Shown: positions 17,811-25,709 of the stretch, piece by piece
Layout: each line of letters opens with the position of its first letter
Numbering within the stretch: the stretch's first letter is position 1
From: a virus
Virus record (IMG/VR): IMGVR_UViG_3300020442_000007
Coordinates: 32,001 to 96,000 of that record
Direction: 5' to 3' (one strand)
DNA length: 64,000 nucleotides
Notes under the pieces: model-generated
What the model was told of the DNA's origin: nothing
Databases searched by the model: none
What the model saw: the letters and a program-made list of their open reading frames with translations, nothing else
Made by a program: the position numbers and the translations under genes

Positions 17811-18325
17811 AAAGAGACTATCAAGATATATCGGCAGATGATGCAACATTTTTTACTGGTAAAGAAGTAGAAAAAACTCCTGCATTTGGCTTAAAAACTT
17901 TATTCGTAGTTGGTATACAAGATACAACTAAAATTCTAAATTGGTATCATACAGAAAACTGTGAGCATATCTTTTTTGGTGCTAATCATAGCTTTAGAGC
18001 TGACAATCATATTACATGGGATCAATGGGAAAATATGATACAAGAATTTTTGGATAAAGATATTTTATGTTCTCTTGATATTCCTCTATCAAATGCAGAA
18101 ACATTTAATGATAGTAGACTAGTAGAATATGATAATTTTATTCCACAAATACGTGTACCATTACCATATATTAGACTTTGGAATTATAATACAATGATTA
18201 AAATTGATGATAAAGGTTTTGATCAAAGTAATCCTGGTGTTTGGTGCCATAGTTTACATGATTTAATGGATAGAGAAAAATTTACAGATTGGGGCAAATA
18301 TAGCCTTGACAAAGTATTAGAGTGA
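17807..18325 (+). CDS. conserved hypothetical protein in the deazaguanine cluster
   Basis: Coupled ORF; FTGKEVEKTPAFGLKTLFVVG, HIFFGANHSF, KIDDKGF..SNPGVWCH. Confidence 0.75.
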   Translation: MKRDYQDISADDATFFTGKEVEKTPAFGLKTLFVVGIQDTTKILNWYHTENCEHIFFGANHSFRADNHITWDQWENMIQEFLDKDILCSLDIPLSNAETFNDSRLVEYDNFIPQIRVPLPYIRLWNYNTMIKIDDKGFDQSNPGVWCHSLHDLMDREKFTDWGKYSLDKVLE

Positions 18326-18334
18326 GTGTAAAAT
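18306..18334 (+). promoter_or_regulatory. sigma70 promoter
   Basis: TTGACA-17-TAAAAT; overlaps ATG 18333, suggesting a downstream start (18387 or 18420). Confidence 0.7.
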
Positions 18335-18824
18335 GTTAGATATTAATAATATAAATGAACGTGAGCATGAACCTTATTGGGAATATATGGGTCGACGCTT
18401 AAGAGAGGAAAATGACAATATGACGTTAAATAATGCTGAAAGAAGTATCTGGGTAACCTTTAAAAAAGAAGGTATCCATAAATATCCAGGAGCAGAGAGT
18501 GATCCAAAACTTGCAACAGGCGATTGGGACGATGTATCGTTTCTTGGCTATCCTCACCGTCATATTTTTCACTTCAGGGTGCGGATTGAGGTGTTCCACG
18601 ACGATAGAGAGATCGAGTTTATACAATTCAAGCGATGGCTCGAAAGACTTTACAGTACTGATAAGAGTGATGAGGTGCTCATTTTAGATCATAAATCCTG
18701 CGAAATGATTGCAGATGAACTTTATGAAAAAGTTTCTACAAAGTATCCCGGCCGCTTTGTTGAAATTGAAGTCTCCGAAGACGGAGAAAATGGCTGTCAA
18801 ATCTACTACCCGAAACCTAAGTAA
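18333..18824 (+). CDS. dpdL: QueD-paralogue T-fold protein, DpdL-like (predicted CDG decarboxylase)
   Basis: LGYPHRHIF (LxxxHRHxF instead of QueD CxxxHGH), SCEMIA, EVSEDGEN; real start may be 18420. Confidence 0.65.
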   Translation: MLDINNINEREHEPYWEYMGRRLREENDNMTLNNAERSIWVTFKKEGIHKYPGAESDPKLATGDWDDVSFLGYPHRHIFHFRVRIEVFHDDREIEFIQFKRWLERLYSTDKSDEVLILDHKSCEMIADELYEKVSTKYPGRFVEIEVSEDGENGCQIYYPKPK

Positions 18825-18836
18825 GGATGAAAGAAA

Positions 18837-19037
18837 ATGAATACAAACTTTCCGCCAGTGGATCAAGTGTTTGATGACTTGGAGAAGTTTAGAGAGTATT
18901 GTCGTTTTGAAGGAAAACCGTATAATGAAAAATTTCTTTATAATGACAACTCACCTGTTTGGCAATCTTACAAACGATGGCAACATTGGATGAAGAATAA
19001 AAAGAACAAAAAAACAAATAAGAGGACGAAGCATTAA
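18837..19037 (+). CDS. hypothetical protein
   Basis: AAGGA RBS, stop/start overlap; VFDDLEKFREYCRFEG. Confidence 0.7.
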   Translation: MNTNFPPVDQVFDDLEKFREYCRFEGKPYNEKFLYNDNSPVWQSYKRWQHWMKNKKNKKTNKRTKH

Positions 19038-20104
19038 TGACAATTTATATTGTAGACATCGAAGCAGTAGACACACGTTATACAAAACAATGGAAAGAAC
19101 ATCTTCCTGTGCAACTGCGACGTGCTACAAATGATGAAGTTGTTGTTATAAGCGGGGGAGAGACGCCTCAGGCTACTACGCCTGGGGCATTTCTTAACTT
19201 CGGTGGCACTAATGTTTACAAGTCTAAGCAATTAGAACAAATTGGTAAATATTTTTGCGATGGACTTATTAAAGACGGCGATTATTTTATCTACACCGAT
19301 GCCTGGAATCCTACAGTTATTCAATTACGTTATATGGCAGAACTATTGGGTGTTAACATTCGCATTGGTGGTCTCTGGCATGCAGGTAGTTATGATCCAC
19401 AAGATTTCCTAGGTAGACTTATAGGTAATAAACCTTGGGTAAGACTAGCTGAACAGTCTATGTTTGAAACATATGATCATAATTTTTTTGCAACTAACTT
19501 CCACATAGAAATGTTTGGTAATACTTTACTTGCTTGTATGCAAGAAGATTATGAACAAGAAGGTAAAATTGTACGTGCAGGATGGCCAATGGAGTATCTT
19601 GCTAGTTCATTAGAACAGTACAAAGGTATGCCTAAAAAAGATTTAATTTTATTTCCACACAGGATTGCTCCTGAAAAACAGGTTGATATATTTAGAAATC
19701 TAAAAGATAAATTACCACAATATGAATTTATAGTTTGCCAAGATCAACAATTAAGTAAAAATGAATACCACAATTTACTAGGTCAAGCCAAACTTGTGTT
19801 TAGTGCAAATCTACAAGAGACACTAGGTATAAGCTGGTATGAAGGAGCCTTAGTAGGGGCTTTGCCTATGGTTCCAGATAGACTTAGTTATACTGAAATG
19901 GCATTAGATACATTTAAATATCCAAGTGAATGGACTGAATCTTACAATTCATACATATCTAATCAGCAAAAAATTGTAGATAAGATTACAGACTATATGG
20001 AAAATTATGAAAAATACCTTCCTAAATTAATTACACAAGTTGATATGTTAAAGAAAGAATATTTTTCTGGTATAGACTTATATAAGGAGATTAAAAATGG
20101 GTGA
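19037..20104 (+). CDS. GT-B fold glycosyltransferase
   Basis: LFPHRIAPEKQ, QETLGISWYEG (Ex7E), MVPDRLSY. Confidence 0.8.
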   Translation: MTIYIVDIEAVDTRYTKQWKEHLPVQLRRATNDEVVVISGGETPQATTPGAFLNFGGTNVYKSKQLEQIGKYFCDGLIKDGDYFIYTDAWNPTVIQLRYMAELLGVNIRIGGLWHAGSYDPQDFLGRLIGNKPWVRLAEQSMFETYDHNFFATNFHIEMFGNTLLACMQEDYEQEGKIVRAGWPMEYLASSLEQYKGMPKKDLILFPHRIAPEKQVDIFRNLKDKLPQYEFIVCQDQQLSKNEYHNLLGQAKLVFSANLQETLGISWYEGALVGALPMVPDRLSYTEMALDTFKYPSEWTESYNSYISNQQKIVDKITDYMENYEKYLPKLITQVDMLKKEYFSGIDLYKEIKNG

Positions 20105-20417
20105 CGATAAAATTACAATTAGTAATATTGACTACACTATGGCGTCAAATGAGTATGGTATTACTGACTCCGGTAGCGAATATGTTATAAATTTGACTAG
20201 CACTTCAGATACTTCATGTGTTACTACCCATTCAACATTTGCTCCTACTTTTACATATGACTTAGGATTAGATAAAGAATTAGATTTAATAGATTTTGAC
20301 GAAATTGAAGAAATGTGTGAAGAATATCCTGGTTTAAAAAATGTTTATTTAAAATTCAAACATGTATATGACCTTGTAAGACAAGATTGGGTAGGTAAAC
20401 AAAAAGATGTTGTTTAA
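20097..20417 (+). CDS. hypothetical protein
   Basis: AAGGAG RBS; MCEEYPGLKNVY..FKHVYDLV. Confidence 0.7.
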   Translation: MGDDKITISNIDYTMASNEYGITDSGSEYVINLTSTSDTSCVTTHSTFAPTFTYDLGLDKELDLIDFDEIEEMCEEYPGLKNVYLKFKHVYDLVRQDWVGKQKDVV

Positions 20418-20832
20418 TTTTTTAAAAGATCGTAAAAGAGTAATACTTGATCGTGTAGGACAAAAACCTTACTTAATACGTTACTATTTGTTCTTAAAAG
20501 AACGCAAATGGTTTCCTTTCAATATCTTTTTACATAAATTTTTACAAGGTGATCCAGATGAATTACATGATCACCCCTGGCCATATTTAACAATCATCTT
20601 AAAAGGAGGATACTGGGAGGTGACACCTAAAGGTAGATTTTGGCGAGGCCCTGGTAGTTTTAGATTTGCAGGACCAAAGAGTTTACACAGAGTAGAATTA
20701 GAAAAAGGTATCAATGCATGGACACTTTTTATTCCTGGACCAAAAGTTAGAGATTGGGGATTTATTGTAAATGGAAAATGGATGCAAAATGAAAAGTATT
20801 TTAAATGGAGAGTGAGTAAGGACGCAAGATGA
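20407..20832 (+). CDS. cupin-fold protein
   Basis: LHKF..D..ELHDHPW...ILKGGYWE...LHRVEL. Confidence 0.75.
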   Translation: MLFNFLKDRKRVILDRVGQKPYLIRYYLFLKERKWFPFNIFLHKFLQGDPDELHDHPWPYLTIILKGGYWEVTPKGRFWRGPGSFRFAGPKSLHRVELEKGINAWTLFIPGPKVRDWGFIVNGKWMQNEKYFKWRVSKDAR

Positions 20833-21389
20833 CAAATAAACATTTTTATTCTTGGACTGATGTAGAAAATATGTGTTTAAGTATTTCTAATCAAATGTTT
20901 AAGGAAAATTGGAAACCAGATTATATTGTAGGAATCACAAGAGGAGGAAATGTACCTGCTACTATACTAAGTAATATGTTAGGTATACGTTGTGAAACAT
21001 TAAAAGTAAGTTTACGTGATGATAGTACCGAAAGCGAAAGTAAATTATGGATGGCCGAAGATGCGTTCGGTTATGAACATGACATTGCTACTTTTAAGAA
21101 CAGATGGAACCCGGCCAAAAGAAAAAATATTTTAATAGTAGATGATATAAACGATACTGGGGCTACGTTTAATTGGATAAAACAGGATTGGCAGGATAGT
21201 TGTTTACCTGATCATTCTGATGTATGGGAAAAAGTTTGGGGAAAGAATGTTAGGTTTGCAGTACTGACAGATAATTTAGCAAGTGAATTTGATCAATGTG
21301 TAAATTATTGTTGTCATTCCGTGAACAAGACAGAAAAAGATGTTTGGTTAGTATATCCTTGGGAAAATGTAGGTCAGTATAATGCATAA
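20829..21389 (+). CDS. type I purine phosphoribosyltransferase (Gpt/Hpt-like)
   Basis: IVGITRGG, ILIVDDINDTGAT (PRPP loop), WLVYPWE. Confidence 0.88.
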   Translation: MTNKHFYSWTDVENMCLSISNQMFKENWKPDYIVGITRGGNVPATILSNMLGIRCETLKVSLRDDSTESESKLWMAEDAFGYEHDIATFKNRWNPAKRKNILIVDDINDTGATFNWIKQDWQDSCLPDHSDVWEKVWGKNVRFAVLTDNLASEFDQCVNYCCHSVNKTEKDVWLVYPWENVGQYNA

Positions 21390-21564
21390 GGATAAGAAAA
21401 ATTACATCAAAGCACTTGAAAAAAGTGTAGCAGAAGATATAGAAACATTAAAAAAAATGCAAGAAAAAAATTCTAAGTTTCAACACATGCAACCAGTAAA
21501 AGAACAAATTTTTAAAAAAAGACGTACAATAGCAAAACTTGAACAGGAAATAAAAAATGGTTAA
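21382..21564 (+). CDS. small hypothetical coiled-coil protein
   Basis: Fills gap with overlaps on both sides. Confidence 0.55.
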   Translation: MHKDKKNYIKALEKSVAEDIETLKKMQEKNSKFQHMQPVKEQIFKKRRTIAKLEQEIKNG

Positions 21565-21955
21565 ACCTTGGACGAACGTTTTGATTGATACTAAAGACTA
21601 TACTGTATATAAAGATGGTTATCCGGTTACAGAAGGACATGTTCTTTTTGTACCCAAAGAAGATAATTGGAAATCAATGGTTACTTGTTTCAAAGCCGCA
21701 TATAGATGGGGTTATGATTGGGTAGACCGAGGATACTGTGATGCATTTAACATTGGACAAAATGTTGGCGAGGCAGCAGGCCAAACTGTAATGTATCCGC
21801 ATATCCATCTTATTCCCCGTCGCAAGGGCGACATGGATGATCCTCGGGGAGGAGTTAGGCACGTAATCCCTGATAAAGGAAATTATAAAAAAGTGCCAGA
21901 CGCAACTAAAGAGTATTATGAACACGTTGCTAAACAGGAACGATTTGATTTTTAG
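21557..21955 (+). CDS. HIT family nucleotide hydrolase
   Basis: YPVTEGHVLFVP, NIGQNVGEAAGQTVMYPHIHLIPR (first His of triad is Y). Confidence 0.88.
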   Translation: MVKPWTNVLIDTKDYTVYKDGYPVTEGHVLFVPKEDNWKSMVTCFKAAYRWGYDWVDRGYCDAFNIGQNVGEAAGQTVMYPHIHLIPRRKGDMDDPRGGVRHVIPDKGNYKKVPDATKEYYEHVAKQERFDF

Positions 21956-21972
21956 TATACAGGAGGTAAAGT

Positions 21973-22194
21973 ATGGCAAGTCAAGGTGAGTATAACAGAG
22001 AGAATATGCTAAAAGCTATTCGAGAACATGCAAATGGACACATTGCAAAACATGCAATGAATGTTGAAATTTATTTGCAAAGAGCTGCAGGTGTTGGTGA
22101 ACACCCAGATATTCTAGATGCTATTGAGAAAGAACTAGGTGTTATTGCTCAATATCATGATCAACTAGAAGTATTAGACAAGTATTTTAAATAA
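21973..22194 (+). CDS. conserved phage hypothetical protein
   Basis: AGGAGG RBS; NVEIYL..AAGVGEHPDI. Confidence 0.75.
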   Translation: MASQGEYNRENMLKAIREHANGHIAKHAMNVEIYLQRAAGVGEHPDILDAIEKELGVIAQYHDQLEVLDKYFK

Positions 22195-22198
22195 ATGC

Positions 22199-22227
22199 TT
22201 GACAAAAACCTAAATACAATGTATAAT
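22199..22227 (+). promoter_or_regulatory. sigma70 promoter (perfect consensus)
   Basis: TTGACA-17-TATAAT upstream of folE. Confidence 0.9.
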
Positions 22228-22282
22228 AAAGTAAAATTATGCATTGTATTGGCAATCCACTGCCTTAACATCGGAGAAAGAA

Positions 22283-22972
22283 ATGAGCAAAAGTGAACAA
22301 ATAAAAGCAAAATTAGAAGAAGCAGGCATTAGATATTGGGCTAATGATAACATTAGTGAAGTATTAGAAGAAGGCGACAAACAGGCACTTATTGAAGAAG
22401 CTATCCCAGCTTTTGAAAATGTATTACAAAAATTATTAATTGATACAAAGACAGATCCTAATAGCCAAGATACTGCAAGACGTATGGCTAAAATGTATAT
22501 TAATGAGATTATGTCTGGTCGTTATGATCCAATGCCTAATCCAAGTAGTTTTCCAAACTATATAGAAAATGGTTATGAAGGCATGTTGGTAGTAAGGAGT
22601 GAACTTACAAGTTTGTGTTCACATCATCACCAGACAGTAAAAGGTGTAGCATACATTGGTATTATTGCAGGACCTAAACTACTTGGATTAAGCAAATATA
22701 CACGTATTGCACAATGGTGTGCTATGAGAGGCACCTTGCAAGAAGAACTAAATGTTATGATTGCAAATGCAATACAAAAAGAAACTGGTAGTGAACACGT
22801 AGGTGTATATGTTCAAGCAACACACGGTTGTTGCGAAAACAGAGGTATTAGAGCAACTAGTAGTTTAACACAAACCACTGTACTACGTGGTGCGTTCAAA
22901 GAAGATCCTGCTACTAAAAAAGAGTTTATCGATAACGTTAAACTTCAACAGGAGTTTGCTTGTGGCAAATAA
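22283..22972 (+). CDS. folE: GTP cyclohydrolase I
   Basis: TARRMAKMY, SLCSHHH, GLSKYTRI, LQEEL, HGCCENRGI; start ATG 22283 after GGAG. Confidence 0.93.
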   Translation: MSKSEQIKAKLEEAGIRYWANDNISEVLEEGDKQALIEEAIPAFENVLQKLLIDTKTDPNSQDTARRMAKMYINEIMSGRYDPMPNPSSFPNYIENGYEGMLVVRSELTSLCSHHHQTVKGVAYIGIIAGPKLLGLSKYTRIAQWCAMRGTLQEELNVMIANAIQKETGSEHVGVYVQATHGCCENRGIRATSSLTQTTVLRGAFKEDPATKKEFIDNVKLQQEFACGK

Positions 22973-23861
22973 ACTTAGGTATTCAGAAGCATTTTATTCT
23001 GTGCAAGGAGAAGGACGCTTTGTAGGTGTTCCTTCTGTCTTTTTAAGAACGTTTGGTTGTAACTTTCGTTGTATGAACTTTGGTACAGATGAAAAAAGAG
23101 ATCGTTGGGAACAACACAAAGATGGAAAAAAGCATAATGCTGAAGTAAAAGCACTTATCGATGCTGGTGTACACGAAACTACAAAAAATTTTAACGACTT
23201 ACCTATTATACATACAGGTTGTGATACATATGCAAGTATCTATCCTGAATTTAAACACTTTAATAAATTAGCTACTATAGATGAAGTAGTGGAACATTTA
23301 TTAAGTTTGACTCCAGAAGGTAAGTGGACACAGGACAACGGTCAAGATATTCATCTAATTTTTACCGGCGGCGAACCTCTACTGGCGTGGCAGAGATTGT
23401 ATGTCGATTTATTTAAACATCCACGAATGAGGGATTTAAAAAATGTCACATTTGAAACAAATACTACACAACCTTTACACGACGAGTTGTTCGACTATCT
23501 ACAAAATCAAAACCACTTTGAAGTCACTTGGAGTTGTTCCCCAAAACTTTCAGTTAGCGGAGAACCTTGGGAAACTGCAATTAAACCTGATGTTGCTTTT
23601 GAGTATCAGCTTGTTAACAATAGCAACATTTATCTCAAGTTTGTTGTCGCTACTCAAAGTGACTTCGATGAAGTTACTAGAGCTGTACAAGCATATCGAG
23701 ACGCAGATATCGATTGCCCAGTATATCTCATGCCGTTGGGCGGACGTTCGGAAGAGTATAACCTCAATGTTAAAGAAGTCGCCGAAGCATGTATGGAGCG
23801 AGGTTGGCGCTTCACACCAAGGCTCCACATCAGCTTATTCGGAAATGCCTGGGGAACATAA
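22962..23861 (+). CDS. queE: 7-carboxy-7-deazaguanine synthase (radical SAM)
   Basis: EAFYSVQGEG..G.PSVFLRTFGCNFRC..CDT, TGGEP, FETN, CSPKL, RFTPRLH; GTG start 22962 after GGAG. Confidence 0.92.
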   Translation: MANKLRYSEAFYSVQGEGRFVGVPSVFLRTFGCNFRCMNFGTDEKRDRWEQHKDGKKHNAEVKALIDAGVHETTKNFNDLPIIHTGCDTYASIYPEFKHFNKLATIDEVVEHLLSLTPEGKWTQDNGQDIHLIFTGGEPLLAWQRLYVDLFKHPRMRDLKNVTFETNTTQPLHDELFDYLQNQNHFEVTWSCSPKLSVSGEPWETAIKPDVAFEYQLVNNSNIYLKFVVATQSDFDEVTRAVQAYRDADIDCPVYLMPLGGRSEEYNLNVKEVAEACMERGWRFTPRLHISLFGNAWGT

Positions 23862-23862
23862 G

Positions 23863-23949
23863 ATGACGTATAAAAATAAACAACATAAAACTGCAATGAA
23901 GGCTGAAATAAAAGATCCTTCGGATGCAATTAGAAAGGCAGGATGGTGA
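23863..23949 (+). CDS. 28-aa small protein
   Basis: MTYKNKQHKTAMKAEIKDPSDAIRKAGW fills the gap between queE and the next gene; purine-rich RBS. Confidence 0.4.
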   Translation: MTYKNKQHKTAMKAEIKDPSDAIRKAGW

Positions 23950-24335
23950 TGAACAAAGTAAAAGACTGGTTCGATAAAGCTATCGGAAAAAAGAAAAAGA
24001 AAAGTCCTCCAACTAACGAACAAACAAGACGTAAAACACTTGAGTTAGAAAAAGAAGCGGCTACAAAAGCTGGTAAACCTTGGGTAGCAGTAATCGATAC
24101 ACAAGTGAATCCGAAAGATATAAAGAACGGATTCTTTGAACTAGACTGGAATAATGAGTTTATCGAGCAACTGCTTGATGCAGGTTATTCTGGTGAAACT
24201 AATGAGCAAATAGTTGATGCATGGTTTAGAACCATTGTTATTCAAATGCTAGAAGAAGAAGGCCACTCTCCAAATAGAGATATGGGCTATATAAATGTTA
24301 TTCCAATTGATAAGAACAAAAGTGAAGTATCATGA
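23943..24335 (+). CDS. conserved phage hypothetical protein
   Basis: KEAATKAGKPWV, NGFFELDWNNEFI, IVDAWF. Confidence 0.75.
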   Translation: MVMNKVKDWFDKAIGKKKKKSPPTNEQTRRKTLELEKEAATKAGKPWVAVIDTQVNPKDIKNGFFELDWNNEFIEQLLDAGYSGETNEQIVDAWFRTIVIQMLEEEGHSPNRDMGYINVIPIDKNKSEVS

Positions 24336-24742
24336 TGCGAGAAGACCTTATGGTCCAACAACAGGTAGAATCTGTATGGCAACATATGGTTGGAGTAATA
24401 TGCCTTAACCAAACTAGTAGAATACAAGTAAAAAGAGTATTACCTGTACTTTTCGATTCATGCCCTACTCCAGAAATTCTTCTTAAAACTTCTCCAAAAT
24501 TAATTAAAGAAATAATAAAACCATTAGGAATGGTTAATGTTCGTGAAAAAAGAATACGCCAAATGTCAAAAGATTTCTTGACATGGGACGGAAATGATGC
24601 TACTATGTTATATGGAATCGGGAAATATGGCAGTGACAGTTATAGATTATTTTACAAAAATGAAATACCCGAAGACATTGGAGACCATGAACTTAAACGA
24701 TACGTAAGAGAAGAATTAAATGAGCACATACATACTAGTTGA
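24332..24742 (+). CDS. HhH-GPD DNA glycosylase, MBD4 catalytic-domain-like
   Basis: WQHMVGVICLNQTS, IKPLGM..R, LYGIGKYGSDSYRLF, DHELKRY. Confidence 0.8.
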   Translation: MMREDLMVQQQVESVWQHMVGVICLNQTSRIQVKRVLPVLFDSCPTPEILLKTSPKLIKEIIKPLGMVNVREKRIRQMSKDFLTWDGNDATMLYGIGKYGSDSYRLFYKNEIPEDIGDHELKRYVREELNEHIHTS

Positions 24743-25709
24743 TACCGCAAATACATTTTTTAGAGCAAGGCACGTAATTAGAGGCGATCTTGATACAAAG
24801 ATTGGTATGGCGTTGCATATTACTCTTAATAGTGTAAAAAAAGCATGGAATGACTTTGAAGCAGATCATGTTGTATTTTGCTTAGAAGGACGTAGTTGGC
24901 GTAAGGATTATTACGAGCCTTACAAAAGAAATCGTACTGAAGCTAGAGATGCTTTGACAGAAGCACAACAAGAAGAAGATAAAGTATTCTGGGAAATCTT
25001 TGATGAATTTAAAGACTTCATTGGTACAAAAACTAATTGTACTATGATGCAACATCCGCAATTAGAAGCAGATGATCTTATTGCAGGTTGGATACATGCA
25101 CACCCTAAAGATAATCATGTTATCATTAGTACTGACGGTGACTTTGCACAATTGATTGCTCCTAACGTAAAGCAATATAATGGTGTCAGTAACACTATTA
25201 TTACACATGAAGGATACTTTGATGATAAAAAACGTAAGCCTGTAATAGATAAAAAAACAGGTGAGCCTAAGCCTGCTCCTAATCCTGAATTTATGTTATT
25301 TGAGAAATGTATGAGAGGCGATACTAGTGATAATGTGTTTAGTGCATATCCAGGTGTACGTAAAAAAGGCACAAAGAACAAAGTCGGCTTAATAGAAGCA
25401 TTCGCTGACAAAGATACTAAAGGATACAACTGGAATAACATGATGTTACAACGATGGGTTGATCATGATGGTAATGAGCATCGTGTATTGGACGATTACA
25501 ACCGCAATGTTACACTATGCGATTTGACTGCACAACCTAGTGACATTAGAAAAATACTTGATGATGTAATAGAAGAGCATATGATTGCAAAAGATATCAG
25601 TCAAGTAGGTATGAGATTAATGAAATTTTGTGCAAAATGGGATATGCAAAGGGTTGCAGATCAAGCTACACATTTTGCTGAACCACTAAATGCGAGGTAT
25701 CCACAATGA
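24720..25709 (+). CDS. rnh: RNase H / 5'-3' exonuclease (T4 rnh, FEN family)
   Basis: ILVDTAN, SWRKDYYEPYKRNR, LEADDLI, ISTDGDFAQL, GDTSDNV. Confidence 0.9.
   Translation: MSTYILVDTANTFFRARHVIRGDLDTKIGMALHITLNSVKKAWNDFEADHVVFCLEGRSWRKDYYEPYKRNRTEARDALTEAQQEEDKVFWEIFDEFKDFIGTKTNCTMMQHPQLEADDLIAGWIHAHPKDNHVIISTDGDFAQLIAPNVKQYNGVSNTIITHEGYFDDKKRKPVIDKKTGEPKPAPNPEFMLFEKCMRGDTSDNVFSAYPGVRKKGTKNKVGLIEAFADKDTKGYNWNNMMLQRWVDHDGNEHRVLDDYNRNVTLCDLTAQPSDIRKILDDVIEEHMIAKDISQVGMRLMKFCAKWDMQRVADQATHFAEPLNARYPQ

Noticed and set aside
18333-18824. Canonical QueD call
   Set aside because: Lacks CxxxHGH; has LxxxHRHxF
23443-23862. 168-aa same-strand ORF overlapping queE
   Set aside because: Out-of-frame shadow in a GC-rich patch; only its last 28 codons (23863..23949) lie outside queE and are kept as a small gene
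8271-24742. Eukaryotic or giant-virus origin suggested by annexin, PMM and MBD4-like genes
   Set aside because: Shine-Dalgarno sites, sigma70 promoters, ATGA overlaps and T4-like genes indicate a bacteriophage
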